Shown here piece by piece: positions 1-9,447 of a stretch of 64,000 bases of DNA. The first letter of the stretch is position 1. Each line of letters begins with the position of its first letter. The DNA is from Bacteriovoracia bacterium. GTDB lineage: Bacteria; Bdellovibrionota; UBA1018; JBFWNL01. The notes under the pieces are model-generated. The model was not told the DNA's origin. It worked only from the letters and a program-made list of their open reading frames with translations, and searched no databases. Location: the NCBI GenBank assembly GCA_050251055.1, contig JBFWNL010000001.1, positions 715,825-779,824 of the forward strand. Reading direction: 5' to 3'. Both the position numbers and the translations under genes were made by a program.

Positions 1-2
1 CT

Positions 3-485
3 CGCGCCGTGCGCCTGCGAGGCGTCCTCAATGACCGGCAGCTTGCCGACGAGCTTGCGCAGGGCCAAGACGTCCACGAAGTTGCCAAAGATATGCACGG
101 GCATGATCGCCTTCGTACGCGGGGTGATCGCGGCCGGAATTTTGGTGATGTCGATGAGATAAGTATTCGGATCCACGTCCACGAAAACAGGCTTCGCACC
201 GGCATCGATGATGGCCGACACGGTCGGGATCGCGGTGTAAGCCGTGGTGATCACTTCGTCGCCCGCGCCGATGCCCAAGGCCATCAGACAGAGCGTGAGG
301 GCATCCGTCGCGTTCGCGACCCCTACCCCGTGCCCGGCGTGCACGTAATCGGCGAATTCGCGCTCGAAGGCCGAGACTTCGGGGCCCAGGATGTAGTTCC
401 CGGAGCACAGCACGCGATCGACGGCGGCATGAATTTCTTTATCGTAACGTTGGTACTGGGGAATCAGGTCGCAGCGTAGAATCAT
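3..485 (-). CDS. DegT/DnrJ/EryC1/StrS PLP sugar aminotransferase (FdtB-like), 3' end cut by window edge
   Basis: Not in the ORF track. Hand translation from ATG at 485 gives MILRCDLIPQY...YILGPEVSAFEREFA...GVANATDALTL...GDEVIT...PVFVDVD...TKAIMPVHIFG...VIEDASQAHG. Confidence 0.92.
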   Translation of the reverse strand, partial: MILRCDLIPQYQRYDKEIHAAVDRVLCSGNYILGPEVSAFEREFADYVHAGHGVGVANATDALTLCLMALGIGAGDEVITTAYTAIPTVSAIIDAGAKPVFVDVDPNTYLIDITKIPAAITPRTKAIMPVHIFGNFVDVLALRKLVGKLPVIEDASQAHGA

Positions 486-507
486 AAAGTTTTCTTTCCC
501 AAGGGTG

Positions 508-1590
508 TTACCCCGACGACTTCGGAGAAACCAGATTTTTGCGGATAGCGCGCCACGTCTTGAGCACGGGGGCCGGCACGATCCGTTTCACCAACCGCGA
601 AGAGACGGGCCAGGCGTGGGAAGCCAGCGTCTCTAGCCACGCCCGCTTCCACGTCCGCCCAATACTTTGACTTAATGAGTCAGGCAATCCCGCCGCGCGG
701 GCCACCCGATCTAGGCGTAACGCTCGTAGCGCCAGGGGAAGCTTGGCCTCGAAGAAAGCCGGATCCCGCAAACTCACGTCGGCGACCGAGCCCAAGGCGA
801 TCTTCATTAAGGAATGCATAATATCGGACGCGAGGGGTTGCACGCGCGGATGCCGAAGCGCCGGTACAGCTTTCCGCACCAGGTTCGTGCCCGCTTGGCG
901 GCGAAGCTCCACATGCTGGTTGGCGAAGGAAAAAGACGTCGCGTGATCGCGGAACCAGGCCTGAGGTTTTTCGAAGTAAACGACCTCATCGACCGCGGTC
1001 GCGGCTTTCAAGAACAGCATGTACTCGCCGAAGAGCCCGCGACCCGCCGGGTGCTCGCTCACGTCTACGTAGCCGCCCAACTCGCGCAGCAGGTCGATCT
1101 CGTAAACCCCCATCGAACCGATCGCGGGAACACGATACGCCAGGGCGTCCGCCGCGAACCGCGCCGCGGGAATCCGGCGATATTCGCCGACTCCTTTCGT
1201 CGCGAGCGCTGGCGCGGGCCCGCCATGCCAAGCCTGGAAATTTCCGTATACGACCCGCGCGCCTTCGGAGATCGCACGGTGGGCGTTGGCCAAGAAAAAA
1301 GGCGCATAGAGATCGTCGTCGGCCAGCCAGGTGAAATACTTCCCCTGCGCGAGCTCGAGCAGGCGATTCATATTCCCCCACTCGCCCAAGTTCTTCGGAT
1401 GATTAATGATCCGAAAACGGTCGTCGCCCACCAGATCCAGGGCTTCAGGGGTCAGCGTGCGCGTGACGAGGTCGTTGCCAATGAGGACTTCGAAGTCCGT
1501 GAAGTTCTGGGCGCGGATCGACGCGATGGTTTCTTTCAAGAGCGCGAGGCGGTCGTAAGTGGTGACGCCGACCGAAAAGAAGGGGCTCAA
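508..1590 (-). CDS. GT2 family glycosyltransferase
   Basis: SVGVTTYDR...IASIRAQNFTDFEVLIGND, GKYFTWLADDD (DxD). TTG start at 1590 overlaps the upstream TGA; ORF track extends to 1626. Confidence 0.88.
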   Translation of the reverse strand: MSPFFSVGVTTYDRLALLKETIASIRAQNFTDFEVLIGNDLVTRTLTPEALDLVGDDRFRIINHPKNLGEWGNMNRLLELAQGKYFTWLADDDLYAPFFLANAHRAISEGARVVYGNFQAWHGGPAPALATKGVGEYRRIPAARFAADALAYRVPAIGSMGVYEIDLLRELGGYVDVSEHPAGRGLFGEYMLFLKAATAVDEVVYFEKPQAWFRDHATSFSFANQHVELRRQAGTNLVRKAVPALRHPRVQPLASDIMHSLMKIALGSVADVSLRDPAFFEAKLPLALRALRLDRVARAAGLPDSLSQSIGRTWKRAWLETLASHAWPVSSRLVKRIVPAPVLKTWRAIRKNLVSPKSSG

Positions 1591-2450
1591 AGCTTGTAGT
1601 TCCACCGGGAGGCGATCTCGCCGCAAACTTCGCGGAAGACCTTCTGGTGCAAGGGACCGAAGTGGTTCTGGTAATCCCCGACCACGCCCTTGCGAAACGC
1701 CACGTTGCCCTTTTCTTCGCTGCCTTTGCGCCGGCCCGTGAGGCTTTCAAACGAAAAAACTTCAATCGCTTCGTCGATCAAGGCGTCGGACGCCTCGAAG
1801 TCGAGGTATTTCAAAATAGATTTCAACGCGGCCTTCGGATCCGAATGCAATGACTCGTAAGTCACTTTGTACGTGATGGAGATCTGTTCCCAAGCCTCAT
1901 AGAACCCGCGCCAGCGCTTCGCCGTCACGTAGGCGTACGCGAGCTTGGAGCGTAAGAGCGACATCTTCAACGCCCGCAGGGGGTTCAAGCGCTCGCGTAG
2001 GCTGGGTCCCGCCACCGCGCCCGGGGCGTCGCGGCCGATCAGCATCGTTTGCGCGCCGGTTTCCACGTCGGTGCCCGTTTCGTTGCGCACGATCGCGCGC
2101 GCCTGGCCCGACACGGCCACGTCGCGCGGATCGCGCGCGAGCAAGATCACCTTATCGGTCAGGCTGAAGTACGGATCGGGAAGCTCGTGGGTCTTGATCA
2201 CCATCGAGTACTTCGTCTTCTCGCGTCCGGGCAGGTTGCCCTGCGTGAGCGCGAGCGCCTTCGCGTTGCTGGAAAAAATAATCCCGCGCAGGAAAGTATA
2301 AGGCTCGATGTAACGCGCGTTTAGGATGTAGCAAAGCATGTAGCTGAGCCATCCCTGTCCGGAGCGGCCAAAGTCGGCGATGAGGATCACGCGGTCGGAA
2401 CCGTTGAGGAAGGGATGCTTGACGTTGCCGGGCTTGTTCTCTCGAGTCAT
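1587..2450 (-). CDS. PAPS-dependent sulfotransferase
   Basis: 5'-PSB-like FGRSGQGWL, IKTH, 3'-PB RDPRDVAVS, YESL and C-terminal FRKGVVGDYQNHF motifs. Confidence 0.87.
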   Translation of the reverse strand: MTRENKPGNVKHPFLNGSDRVILIADFGRSGQGWLSYMLCYILNARYIEPYTFLRGIIFSSNAKALALTQGNLPGREKTKYSMVIKTHELPDPYFSLTDKVILLARDPRDVAVSGQARAIVRNETGTDVETGAQTMLIGRDAPGAVAGPSLRERLNPLRALKMSLLRSKLAYAYVTAKRWRGFYEAWEQISITYKVTYESLHSDPKAALKSILKYLDFEASDALIDEAIEVFSFESLTGRRKGSEEKGNVAFRKGVVGDYQNHFGPLHQKVFREVCGEIASRWNYKL

Positions 2451-2553
2451 AAAGTCTAATAAAAAATGGGTAAAATCAGGGGTTTATGGCGCATCTTAGT
2501 GGGTTTTACCCAGTAAAAACAACACAAAAAAACTGGACTGGGCCAGAATCCGC

Positions 2554-3198
2554 ATGCTACCTCCTAAGCAATCCATGAAACCCGCGATGATGTCCCCTCT
2601 CAAGCTAAACCTCGGTTGCGCATCGCGCCCCCTACCGGGTTACATCAATATCGATCTCGACGACGTCGCGACGATGAAGCGCCGCTACCCCAACATCCAG
2701 ATCCCCGATCTGCCCATTTACCAATACGACATCTTCAAGCTGCCTTACGCCGATGGTACCGTCGACGAGGCCCGCGCCGACGCGTTCATCGAGCATCTCT
2801 CCTTTCTGGAAGAATCCAAGTTCTTCTACGAAATGAAGCGCATCCTCAAGCCCGGCGGCAAACTCTGCTTCTGCGTGCCGGACTTCGAGAAGGCGGTCGA
2901 GCAATGGCTGAAAGCCAAAGACGACTGGAAGGACTTTTACCGGTGCGACGACGAGGCCATCGCCCAGGCGCATTGGTTCGGAAACTATTCCTACACCACG
3001 GAAAACCGCTGGGGATACCTCACCGCTTCCATCTTTGGGCCGCAGAATTCCCCCGGTCAGTTCCATAAGAACGCGTACACCGCGCGGAAAATCCGGGCGA
3101 TCATGAAGAAGCTCGAGTTTAAGGAACCCAGCATCACGCCATCGCGCTGGAAGGGCGATCGCGACCACATGCTCGACGTGGTGGCGGAAAAAGCCTAA
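2554..3198 (+). CDS. Class I SAM-dependent methyltransferase (type 11)
   Basis: LKLNLGC...GYINID, LPYADGTVDE, FIEHL, RILKPGG...VPD; start may be 2575 or 2587. Confidence 0.82.
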   Translation: MLPPKQSMKPAMMSPLKLNLGCASRPLPGYINIDLDDVATMKRRYPNIQIPDLPIYQYDIFKLPYADGTVDEARADAFIEHLSFLEESKFFYEMKRILKPGGKLCFCVPDFEKAVEQWLKAKDDWKDFYRCDDEAIAQAHWFGNYSYTTENRWGYLTASIFGPQNSPGQFHKNAYTARKIRAIMKKLEFKEPSITPSRWKGDRDHMLDVVAEKA

Positions 3199-3215
3199 GG
3201 CCGCCGCCGTATCAG

Positions 3216-4151
3216 TTAAGCGCGCAGTCCCCGCAACAAATCAACCGTATCGGAAATTCCGCGATGGATATCACCTTGGGCGCGGAAGCCCTTCGCTTGG
3301 AAGCGCGCGCACGAAACTTCGTACGAGAGCTGGTTCATGATCTGGGTCTCGACGAAGTTGATCGTCAGGTCCGGTACGAACCCGCGGATCACATCGGTGA
3401 TCTGCCGCACGGTGTAGTTGCCCGTCAGAACGTTATAGATGCGGCGATCGAAGATCCGCTCGCGCAGGATGAGTTCGATCGCGTTCACGGCGTCGCCCAC
3501 GTCCAGGTAAGGCCGCTTCTGGTCATACGCGGTTTTCCAAACCGTAAGTGGCTTACCCGTCACGGCCTGCCAGCAGAACTTATTGACCGCAGTGTGGAAG
3601 CGAATACCCGGCGAGATCCCGAAAATCGTACCGAAGCGGCAGACGATGAAAGGCAGCTCGGCTTTCTTTCCCAGCTCCGCGAGTAGGCGCTCTTCTTTAA
3701 GCTTCGTCTCCGCGTAAGGGCTTTGGGGATTCAGGTCGGACTCGGGACAGTCTTCATCGACCAACTCCGCCGCCGAACCGTAAACACTGGTCGACGAAAG
3801 GTAGAGCAACGGCACGCGCTGGCGCACGCACTCGTCGGCCACGCGCTGGGTGCCATAAAAGTTATTGCGCTCGACCTCGGCCTGGTTTTCGAAGCTGCCC
3901 GCGGCATTCGTGATCGCCGCGAGATGCAGGACAAAGTCAGCGCCCTTCACGAGCGGGCCAAGATCGATCTTCGTGACGTCGCCTTCGGTAAACCGATAGC
4001 GGACGCCTTCCGGTAGGTTGAAAAGCGAGCAGTAGCGCTGCGCCGACATATCATCGATGAGCGTAAGCTCCATCCCGGGAAACCGGGCCGGTAGCTCGCG
4101 AATCACGCGGGAGCCAATGTGCCCCAAGGCTCCGGTAACCAGGATTTTCAC
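3216..4151 (-). CDS. NAD-dependent epimerase/dehydratase (extended SDR)
   Basis: KILVTGALGHIG, HLAA, SSTSVYG, YAETK (YxxxK). Confidence 0.92.
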   Translation of the reverse strand: MKILVTGALGHIGSRVIRELPARFPGMELTLIDDMSAQRYCSLFNLPEGVRYRFTEGDVTKIDLGPLVKGADFVLHLAAITNAAGSFENQAEVERNNFYGTQRVADECVRQRVPLLYLSSTSVYGSAAELVDEDCPESDLNPQSPYAETKLKEERLLAELGKKAELPFIVCRFGTIFGISPGIRFHTAVNKFCWQAVTGKPLTVWKTAYDQKRPYLDVGDAVNAIELILRERIFDRRIYNVLTGNYTVRQITDVIRGFVPDLTINFVETQIMNQLSYEVSCARFQAKGFRAQGDIHRGISDTVDLLRGLRA

Positions 4152-4588
4152 GAGCGCGCTCCCTTCGCCTGCCCGCGGCGCCAGGCCAAGAACCCGTCGT
4201 AGTCCCGCAGGTAGTCAGACTCGTCATAATACTTGTCCGTGAGGACCATCAGCATCGTCCCTTCGTCCAGATAGGTTTGCTCCCCCCACACGGACGGCGG
4301 CAGATAGGCGCCCTGATCGGGCGAATCAAGGCGCAACGTACGCTTCTCTTTTCCGTCGTCGAAAACCAGGTCGCAGCGGCCACGAATGCAAATCAGAAAC
4401 TGCTGGCATTCTTTGTGGGCGTGCTTGCCGCGCAGGGCGCCGCCCGGAGTACCGTAGACGTAGAAAATGCGCTTAATGTCGAACGGGACGTTCCGCAGCT
4501 CCTCAAGCGCCACCAGGTAGCCGTTGGCTTCGGTGCCTATGCGCTTGAAGCGCTCGTGCTTGACGTCTTTTACCGTTTTCAGACCCAC
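4148..4588 (-). CDS. FdtA/QdtA-family cupin, dTDP-6-deoxy-3,4-keto-hexulose isomerase
   Basis: VPFDIKRIFYVYG...RGKHAHK...QFLICIRG, YDESDYLRDY. Confidence 0.9.
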   Translation of the reverse strand: MGLKTVKDVKHERFKRIGTEANGYLVALEELRNVPFDIKRIFYVYGTPGGALRGKHAHKECQQFLICIRGRCDLVFDDGKEKRTLRLDSPDQGAYLPPSVWGEQTYLDEGTMLMVLTDKYYDESDYLRDYDGFLAWRRGQAKGARS

Positions 4589-4609
4589 GCCACCGTCCCT
4601 CTTTGGCCC

Positions 4610-5848
4610 CTAGGCCGTGATGACCTGTACCTTCGGGACATACACGATCCACTTGCCGCCACTTTCCCGAAAGTCCTGCTCCTTGGCCGTAATCTCCTTG
4701 AAGTGGTTCCAGCCAAAGAGCAGCCCGTAGTCGGGATACTGCTCGCGGAACTTCTCGGAAGCCAGGATCGGGATGTGCTTGCCCGGGCTGAACTTACCCT
4801 GCTTGATAGGGGTCGAATCGCCGATGAACTCGATTAGGTCGGGAGTCAAATTGCAGTAGTTGATCACGGTCGTGCTCTTGGAAGTCGCCGCGTAACCGAC
4901 GACGCGTTTGCCCTGCTGCTTGAGATCAACCAGGAGCTGGCGGAGCTCGCGCTTCGACGTCTCGCAGTTCTCACGGAAGCGTTCGTAGGTCTCCGCCTTA
5001 TCGAGGCCGAGCTTCTTCTCAAACTCGACCTGCTCGCGCACGCGCTCGGAAACCGCTTGCACGCCCTTGCGCTTGATCACGTAGCGCATCGAACCCCCAT
5101 GGGTCGTCTGCGGCTCGACGTCCACGATCTCCATGCCGTACTGGCCGAACATGTGGCCGACGGAGGCGACGGAATACAGGAACACGTGCTCGTCGTAAAT
5201 CTGGTCATAGGAAGTCTTCTGGATGACGTCGCCCAGGTACGGGTCTTCGAACATCACGGTGCCGTCCGGCCTCAACAACACGTCAATACCTTCAAGCACC
5301 GAATGAATATAGCCGATGTGGCACATCACGTTCGCCGCCAGGAAGGCGTCCGCTTGCCCATTTTGGCTCACGATCCAGCGCGCGGTCTCGGCGTCGAAGA
5401 AGCGGGAGACGGTGTTTATGCCGCGGCCGATGGCGACGTCGGCGACGTTCTTCGAGGGCTCGATGCCCAGGTGGCGGATCTTCTTCTCGGCGAAGTTCTT
5501 GAGCATCACGCCGTCGTTGCTGCCGATCTCGACCACGAAAGGATCCTTCGCCTCGAGGTAATCCTTCATTACGTGGTCGGCGAACTCCTTGAAGTGGATC
5601 GCCATGTGCTGGGACGTTCCCGAAAAGAACGCATAGTTCTCGTTAAACATGCGTTCGCGGTCCGGTTGCTCCATCAGCTGCACCATCTTGCAGTGTGAAC
5701 AGAAACCCACCTGCATCTCGAAGAAGTACTCGCGAGAGAAATCTTCGGGCTTTAGGAACCCATTAGCGATCGGCTGCTGCCCATAAGAGATGAACGGACT
5801 CACCGGGGCTTTACAGACTAAACATGGTTTTTCTTGCTTCGGATTCAA
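4610..5848 (-). CDS. NDP-hexose C-3 methyltransferase (TcaB9/EvaC-like)
   Basis: N-terminal Zn CxxC...CxxC, EIGSNDG, EDPYLGD..KTSYDQIYDEH, HGGSMR, GYAATSKS, KQGKFSPG.HIPI, WNH. Confidence 0.9.
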   Translation of the reverse strand: MNPKQEKPCLVCKAPVSPFISYGQQPIANGFLKPEDFSREYFFEMQVGFCSHCKMVQLMEQPDRERMFNENYAFFSGTSQHMAIHFKEFADHVMKDYLEAKDPFVVEIGSNDGVMLKNFAEKKIRHLGIEPSKNVADVAIGRGINTVSRFFDAETARWIVSQNGQADAFLAANVMCHIGYIHSVLEGIDVLLRPDGTVMFEDPYLGDVIQKTSYDQIYDEHVFLYSVASVGHMFGQYGMEIVDVEPQTTHGGSMRYVIKRKGVQAVSERVREQVEFEKKLGLDKAETYERFRENCETSKRELRQLLVDLKQQGKRVVGYAATSKSTTVINYCNLTPDLIEFIGDSTPIKQGKFSPGKHIPILASEKFREQYPDYGLLFGWNHFKEITAKEQDFRESGGKWIVYVPKVQVITA

Positions 5849-5883
5849 TTTCCGTCTCCTTCAAATAAAAACTAAGCGCGACG

Positions 5884-7782
5884 TCAACTGCAGCTCCGGC
5901 TGCTGACCTTCGCTAAAATGCCTTCCAAAATTTCCAACGCCTCACGGAACCCTTGTCCGCGGTTCAGGTGCCCTTGCCAAATTTCCGGGATAAAACCGGT
6001 ATCTAGGCGATTCATGATCGCGAACAACGACGCGAAGTCGAGATCGCCTTGGCCGATCTGCACACCCTCGCCGGTCGAACCTTTCGAATCGGAAACATGC
6101 AGATAGGCGATGTGATCCAAGATGCGTTTCGTGAAGTCTTGCATGGAAATGCCGGCGTGGTGGCAGTAAAGGCCGGCGTGGGAGGTGTCGAAGCAAATCC
6201 CCCAACCCATGTCCTTCGCGAACTGGGCGATCTCGCCCGCGTCCATGAACACGGTGTTGTACCACTGACCGCCGAAGTACCAAGGCAGGGGGGGCATGTT
6301 CTCGACCAGGAGTTGCGTGCCCTCCGAAGGCATGGCTTCTAGGTTCTTCTTCAGAAGCTTATACTGATCGGTCTTATTGGATTCGGTCGGTTGGGCAAAA
6401 TGCCCGCCCGGATGCACGACCACGCGCGGACCGCGGGGATCTTTCATGCCCTTGAACTTGGGCGCGAGTTCACGCGCCAAATTCAACGTCCGCTTGAGCA
6501 TTTCGCGGCTGAGCTCGGTGATCGCGGCGTCGCTCGAGGTGAAGTCAATGAGCTGGTCCTTATAATACTCGGGCGCGTGCACGACTAAGTCTTGTTCGAA
6601 CGTTCCCGCCGGTAGCCTATAGTCTTCGAGGTCCCGCCAAGTCAGATGGATCTCCACCAAACCCGGCTTGACGTCCAAGAACTCCTGGAAGTCGTTCAGG
6701 CGCCCCACGATCCCCCACTTCTTGGGAATAGAATAGGTACGCGGCTTCGCGGCCGGTCCGTCGACGACATCCTGCCGGAAAATATAATCGTCCGCCGATA
6801 GGGCGCGATTCAGGGTCTTACCCAGGAAGTAATCAAGATCCATGGGCGAAACGCCCTTGGCCGGCGTCTTCGATGACAGATCGCCCGCCGTCAGCCGGTG
6901 GCCGACGGGCAGGTCCTTCGCCGCGACGAGCGACTTCGCCAAGCTGATGCGGTTATTCTTCTCGCCCTGGTTGTAAACCTTCTCGGCTTTGCCCAGGGAC
7001 TCTTCGGCGACACGGACAGCATCGACCATTTCCTTGAACTCGGTAAAATTGAGCGACGAACGATGATCGGGACCGGACTGGTTGCGGTCACGCGTGATGT
7101 GGCGCTCGATGATGTCGGCGCCCAGGCCCAGCGCGGCCACGGTGGGAACAAAGCCCTGCTCATGGCCGGAATAGCCCACCCGCACGCCCGTGATCTGGCG
7201 AAGCACCGGGATGTAGCGCAGGTTCAGATCGCTGAAGGAAGCGGGATAAGTGCTGTTACAATGCAGGAGCGCGAAATCCGCGCCGCGCGACTTGAGATAT
7301 CCGACGACCTGCTTGATCTCGGCTTCCTCGCTCATCCCGGTCGAGAGGATGATCGGGCGGTTGAACTCCGTGATCTTCTCGAGCAGCGGCCGGTTCGTGA
7401 AGTCGGGCGAACCCACCTTGAAGATCCCCATGCCGATGCCGTTCAGGAACTCGGCCGATTTGACGTCGAACGGCGTCGCAAAGAAATCGATGTCAAAACC
7501 TTTCGCGTACGCGAAGAGCTCCTTCATTTGATCGTAGCTAAGATGCGCCTTACGCAGCTCCGCCAGCAGGTACTGCGTCCCCTGCTCCGCTTTGCGCGAA
7601 TCGGCCAACACCTGCTTGGTATAGAGCGTGTCGAGATCCCGCAACTGGGTCTTCACGGCGTCGGCGCCAGCTTCCGCCGCACCCTTAATCAGCGCCTTGG
7701 CTTCATCCATGCTGCCGTTATGGTTAATTCCAACCTCGGCGATGATGTAGACGCCGCGCTTGGATTTATACCGGGTGCTCAT
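5884..7782 (-). CDS. NeuB-family nonulosonate synthase + SAF domain + C-terminal xylose-isomerase-like TIM barrel
   Basis: IIAEVGINHNG, GADAVKTQ, STGMS, LLHCNSTYPA, GYSGHE, IERHIT; SAF KSLVAAKDL; then VHAPE, VVHPGG, ENMPP, CFDTSH, HVSD, PEIWQGH. Confidence 0.9.
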   Translation of the reverse strand: MSTRYKSKRGVYIIAEVGINHNGSMDEAKALIKGAAEAGADAVKTQLRDLDTLYTKQVLADSRKAEQGTQYLLAELRKAHLSYDQMKELFAYAKGFDIDFFATPFDVKSAEFLNGIGMGIFKVGSPDFTNRPLLEKITEFNRPIILSTGMSEEAEIKQVVGYLKSRGADFALLHCNSTYPASFSDLNLRYIPVLRQITGVRVGYSGHEQGFVPTVAALGLGADIIERHITRDRNQSGPDHRSSLNFTEFKEMVDAVRVAEESLGKAEKVYNQGEKNNRISLAKSLVAAKDLPVGHRLTAGDLSSKTPAKGVSPMDLDYFLGKTLNRALSADDYIFRQDVVDGPAAKPRTYSIPKKWGIVGRLNDFQEFLDVKPGLVEIHLTWRDLEDYRLPAGTFEQDLVVHAPEYYKDQLIDFTSSDAAITELSREMLKRTLNLARELAPKFKGMKDPRGPRVVVHPGGHFAQPTESNKTDQYKLLKKNLEAMPSEGTQLLVENMPPLPWYFGGQWYNTVFMDAGEIAQFAKDMGWGICFDTSHAGLYCHHAGISMQDFTKRILDHIAYLHVSDSKGSTGEGVQIGQGDLDFASLFAIMNRLDTGFIPEIWQGHLNRGQGFREALEILEGILAKVSSRSCS

Positions 7783-8761
7783 GAGCGTAATCCTTTTCCA
7801 AGCCTTGCTGGAACTTCATTTCGAACTGGATCATGCGATCGAGCATCTGCTCCAGATCGACGGTCGGTTTCCAGCCCAGATCCTGGCGGATCTTCGCGCT
7901 CGAGCCGTACACGGCGAGCGGCTCGTGCAACCGGAAGTACCGGGGATCCGCCTGCACGTGTTTCTCGAAATCGAGCCCCAGGCGGCCGAACACGGAGCGC
8001 AGCACGTGCTCGAGCGAGTACGATTGACCAGTGCAGATCAGGTAATCTTCGGGCTTGGCGGCCTTGAGCATGCGCCAGCAGGCATCCACGTAATCGGGCG
8101 CGTAACCAAAATCGCGAATCACGCTCGCATTACCGAACTGCAAGGTCTTTTCCTTGCCGAGCTTGATACGGACGGCGGCGCGGACCGCCTTCTTCGCCGC
8201 GAAGTTCTCGTGACGCCGGGGCGACTCGTGATTGAAGAACACGCCATTCACGGCGAAAAGTCCGTAGTTGCGCCGGTACGACGTCACCATATGGTGCGCG
8301 TAAGCCTTGGTGCAGCCGTACGGGTTATACGGCGCGAGCGGGGTCGCTTCCGTCAGCGGCGTATCGCCCGACGGATAGAAAATCTCGGAGCTCGACGCTT
8401 GGAAGTAGCGGATGGAGCGATCGACCTTCAGGATCGCCTCTAACAAATGCGTGGGAATCACGCCCGAAGCGCGGAAGGTCTCGTCCACCATCTCCCACGA
8501 CTTGCTGACGTAGACCTGCCCGGCGAAATTATAAACCTCGGTAGGCTTCACGGCCGCCAGGATTTCGGCTAGGTGGTGCGTTTCGTAGGACGAGTCCACG
8601 AGCTCGATCTTGCCTTCGAGGTGAGCGATGTTCAGCGAGAACCGGCGCGCAGGATCGCGCGTGATGCCGACGACGCGATAGCCGTTCTTCAGCAGGAGCT
8701 CTGACAGGTACGACCCGTCTTGGCCCGAGATCCCCGTAATGAGCGCGACCGGCTTTGCCAT
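7766..8761 (-). CDS. gmd: GDP-mannose 4,6-dehydratase family
   Basis: ALITGISGQDGSYL, QASSSE, PYGCTK, NHESPRR, RDFGYA; ATG 8761 coupled to upstream TGA. Confidence 0.85.
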   Translation of the reverse strand: MAKPVALITGISGQDGSYLSELLLKNGYRVVGITRDPARRFSLNIAHLEGKIELVDSSYETHHLAEILAAVKPTEVYNFAGQVYVSKSWEMVDETFRASGVIPTHLLEAILKVDRSIRYFQASSSEIFYPSGDTPLTEATPLAPYNPYGCTKAYAHHMVTSYRRNYGLFAVNGVFFNHESPRRHENFAAKKAVRAAVRIKLGKEKTLQFGNASVIRDFGYAPDYVDACWRMLKAAKPEDYLICTGQSYSLEHVLRSVFGRLGLDFEKHVQADPRYFRLHEPLAVYGSSAKIRQDLGWKPTVDLEQMLDRMIQFEMKFQQGLEKDYAHEHPV

Positions 8762-9447
8762 CACCAGGCCGTCCATCCGCCGTCGACGGGATACACACCG
8801 CCGGTGCAGTAAGAGGAGTCTTCCGCGACGAGAAACCGAACCAGGCCGGTGATTTCGTCGGCTTCCGCCATGCGGCCCATGGGCGTGCGCTCCGAATAAG
8901 CGCGCATGAACTTGTCATCCTGCTGATGCCGGATCCCGCCCGGCACGACGCAGTTCACGCGGATCTTCGGCGCCCAGTGCGTGGAGAGGTGCCGCGTGAG
9001 CTGCACGACCGAGGCCTTGGAAATTCCGTAGCCCAGATGCTTCTCGCCATCGTCATAGAGCGTGGGAATCGGCGAAGTCACGCCGTAAACCGAGGAAAAA
9101 TTCACGATCGACCCTTGCTTATTCACCCGGGCGAACTCGCGACAGACCGAAAAGAGCGTGATCACGTTCGTCTCGAAATACTCGCGCAAGCTATCCAGCG
9201 TGATGTCCATCAGGCGCGTAGCCGGGCGCTGTCCGCCCGCCGCCACGTGATCGACCATCGCAAACAAGTTCACGAGCCCATCGGCCGGGTTCGCCGCGAA
9301 CCACTCGCGGACGAACTTCGGATCGCGCAGGTCGTGCCCGAGAGCGAGGTCGAGTGCCAACACTTCGAACTCCGTCGCCAGCTTCGGGGTCAGGGCGCGG
9401 CCCACGATCCCGCGGGAACCGGCGATGATGACGCGTTTTCTCTTCAT
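8761..9447 (-). CDS. Short-chain dehydrogenase/reductase (PtmA-like)
   Basis: AGSRGIVG, SIVNFSSVYG, YGISK, IRVNCVVPGGI, TPMGRMA, VDGGWTAW. Confidence 0.9.
   Translation of the reverse strand: MKRKRVIIAGSRGIVGRALTPKLATEFEVLALDLALGHDLRDPKFVREWFAANPADGLVNLFAMVDHVAAGGQRPATRLMDITLDSLREYFETNVITLFSVCREFARVNKQGSIVNFSSVYGVTSPIPTLYDDGEKHLGYGISKASVVQLTRHLSTHWAPKIRVNCVVPGGIRHQQDDKFMRAYSERTPMGRMAEADEITGLVRFLVAEDSSYCTGGVYPVDGGWTAW

Noticed and set aside
6898-8067. Long antisense ORFs (also 13546-14583, 23345-24532, 33824-34684, 38242-39234)
   Set aside because: Shadow frames of well-supported genes in GC-rich DNA, with no motifs
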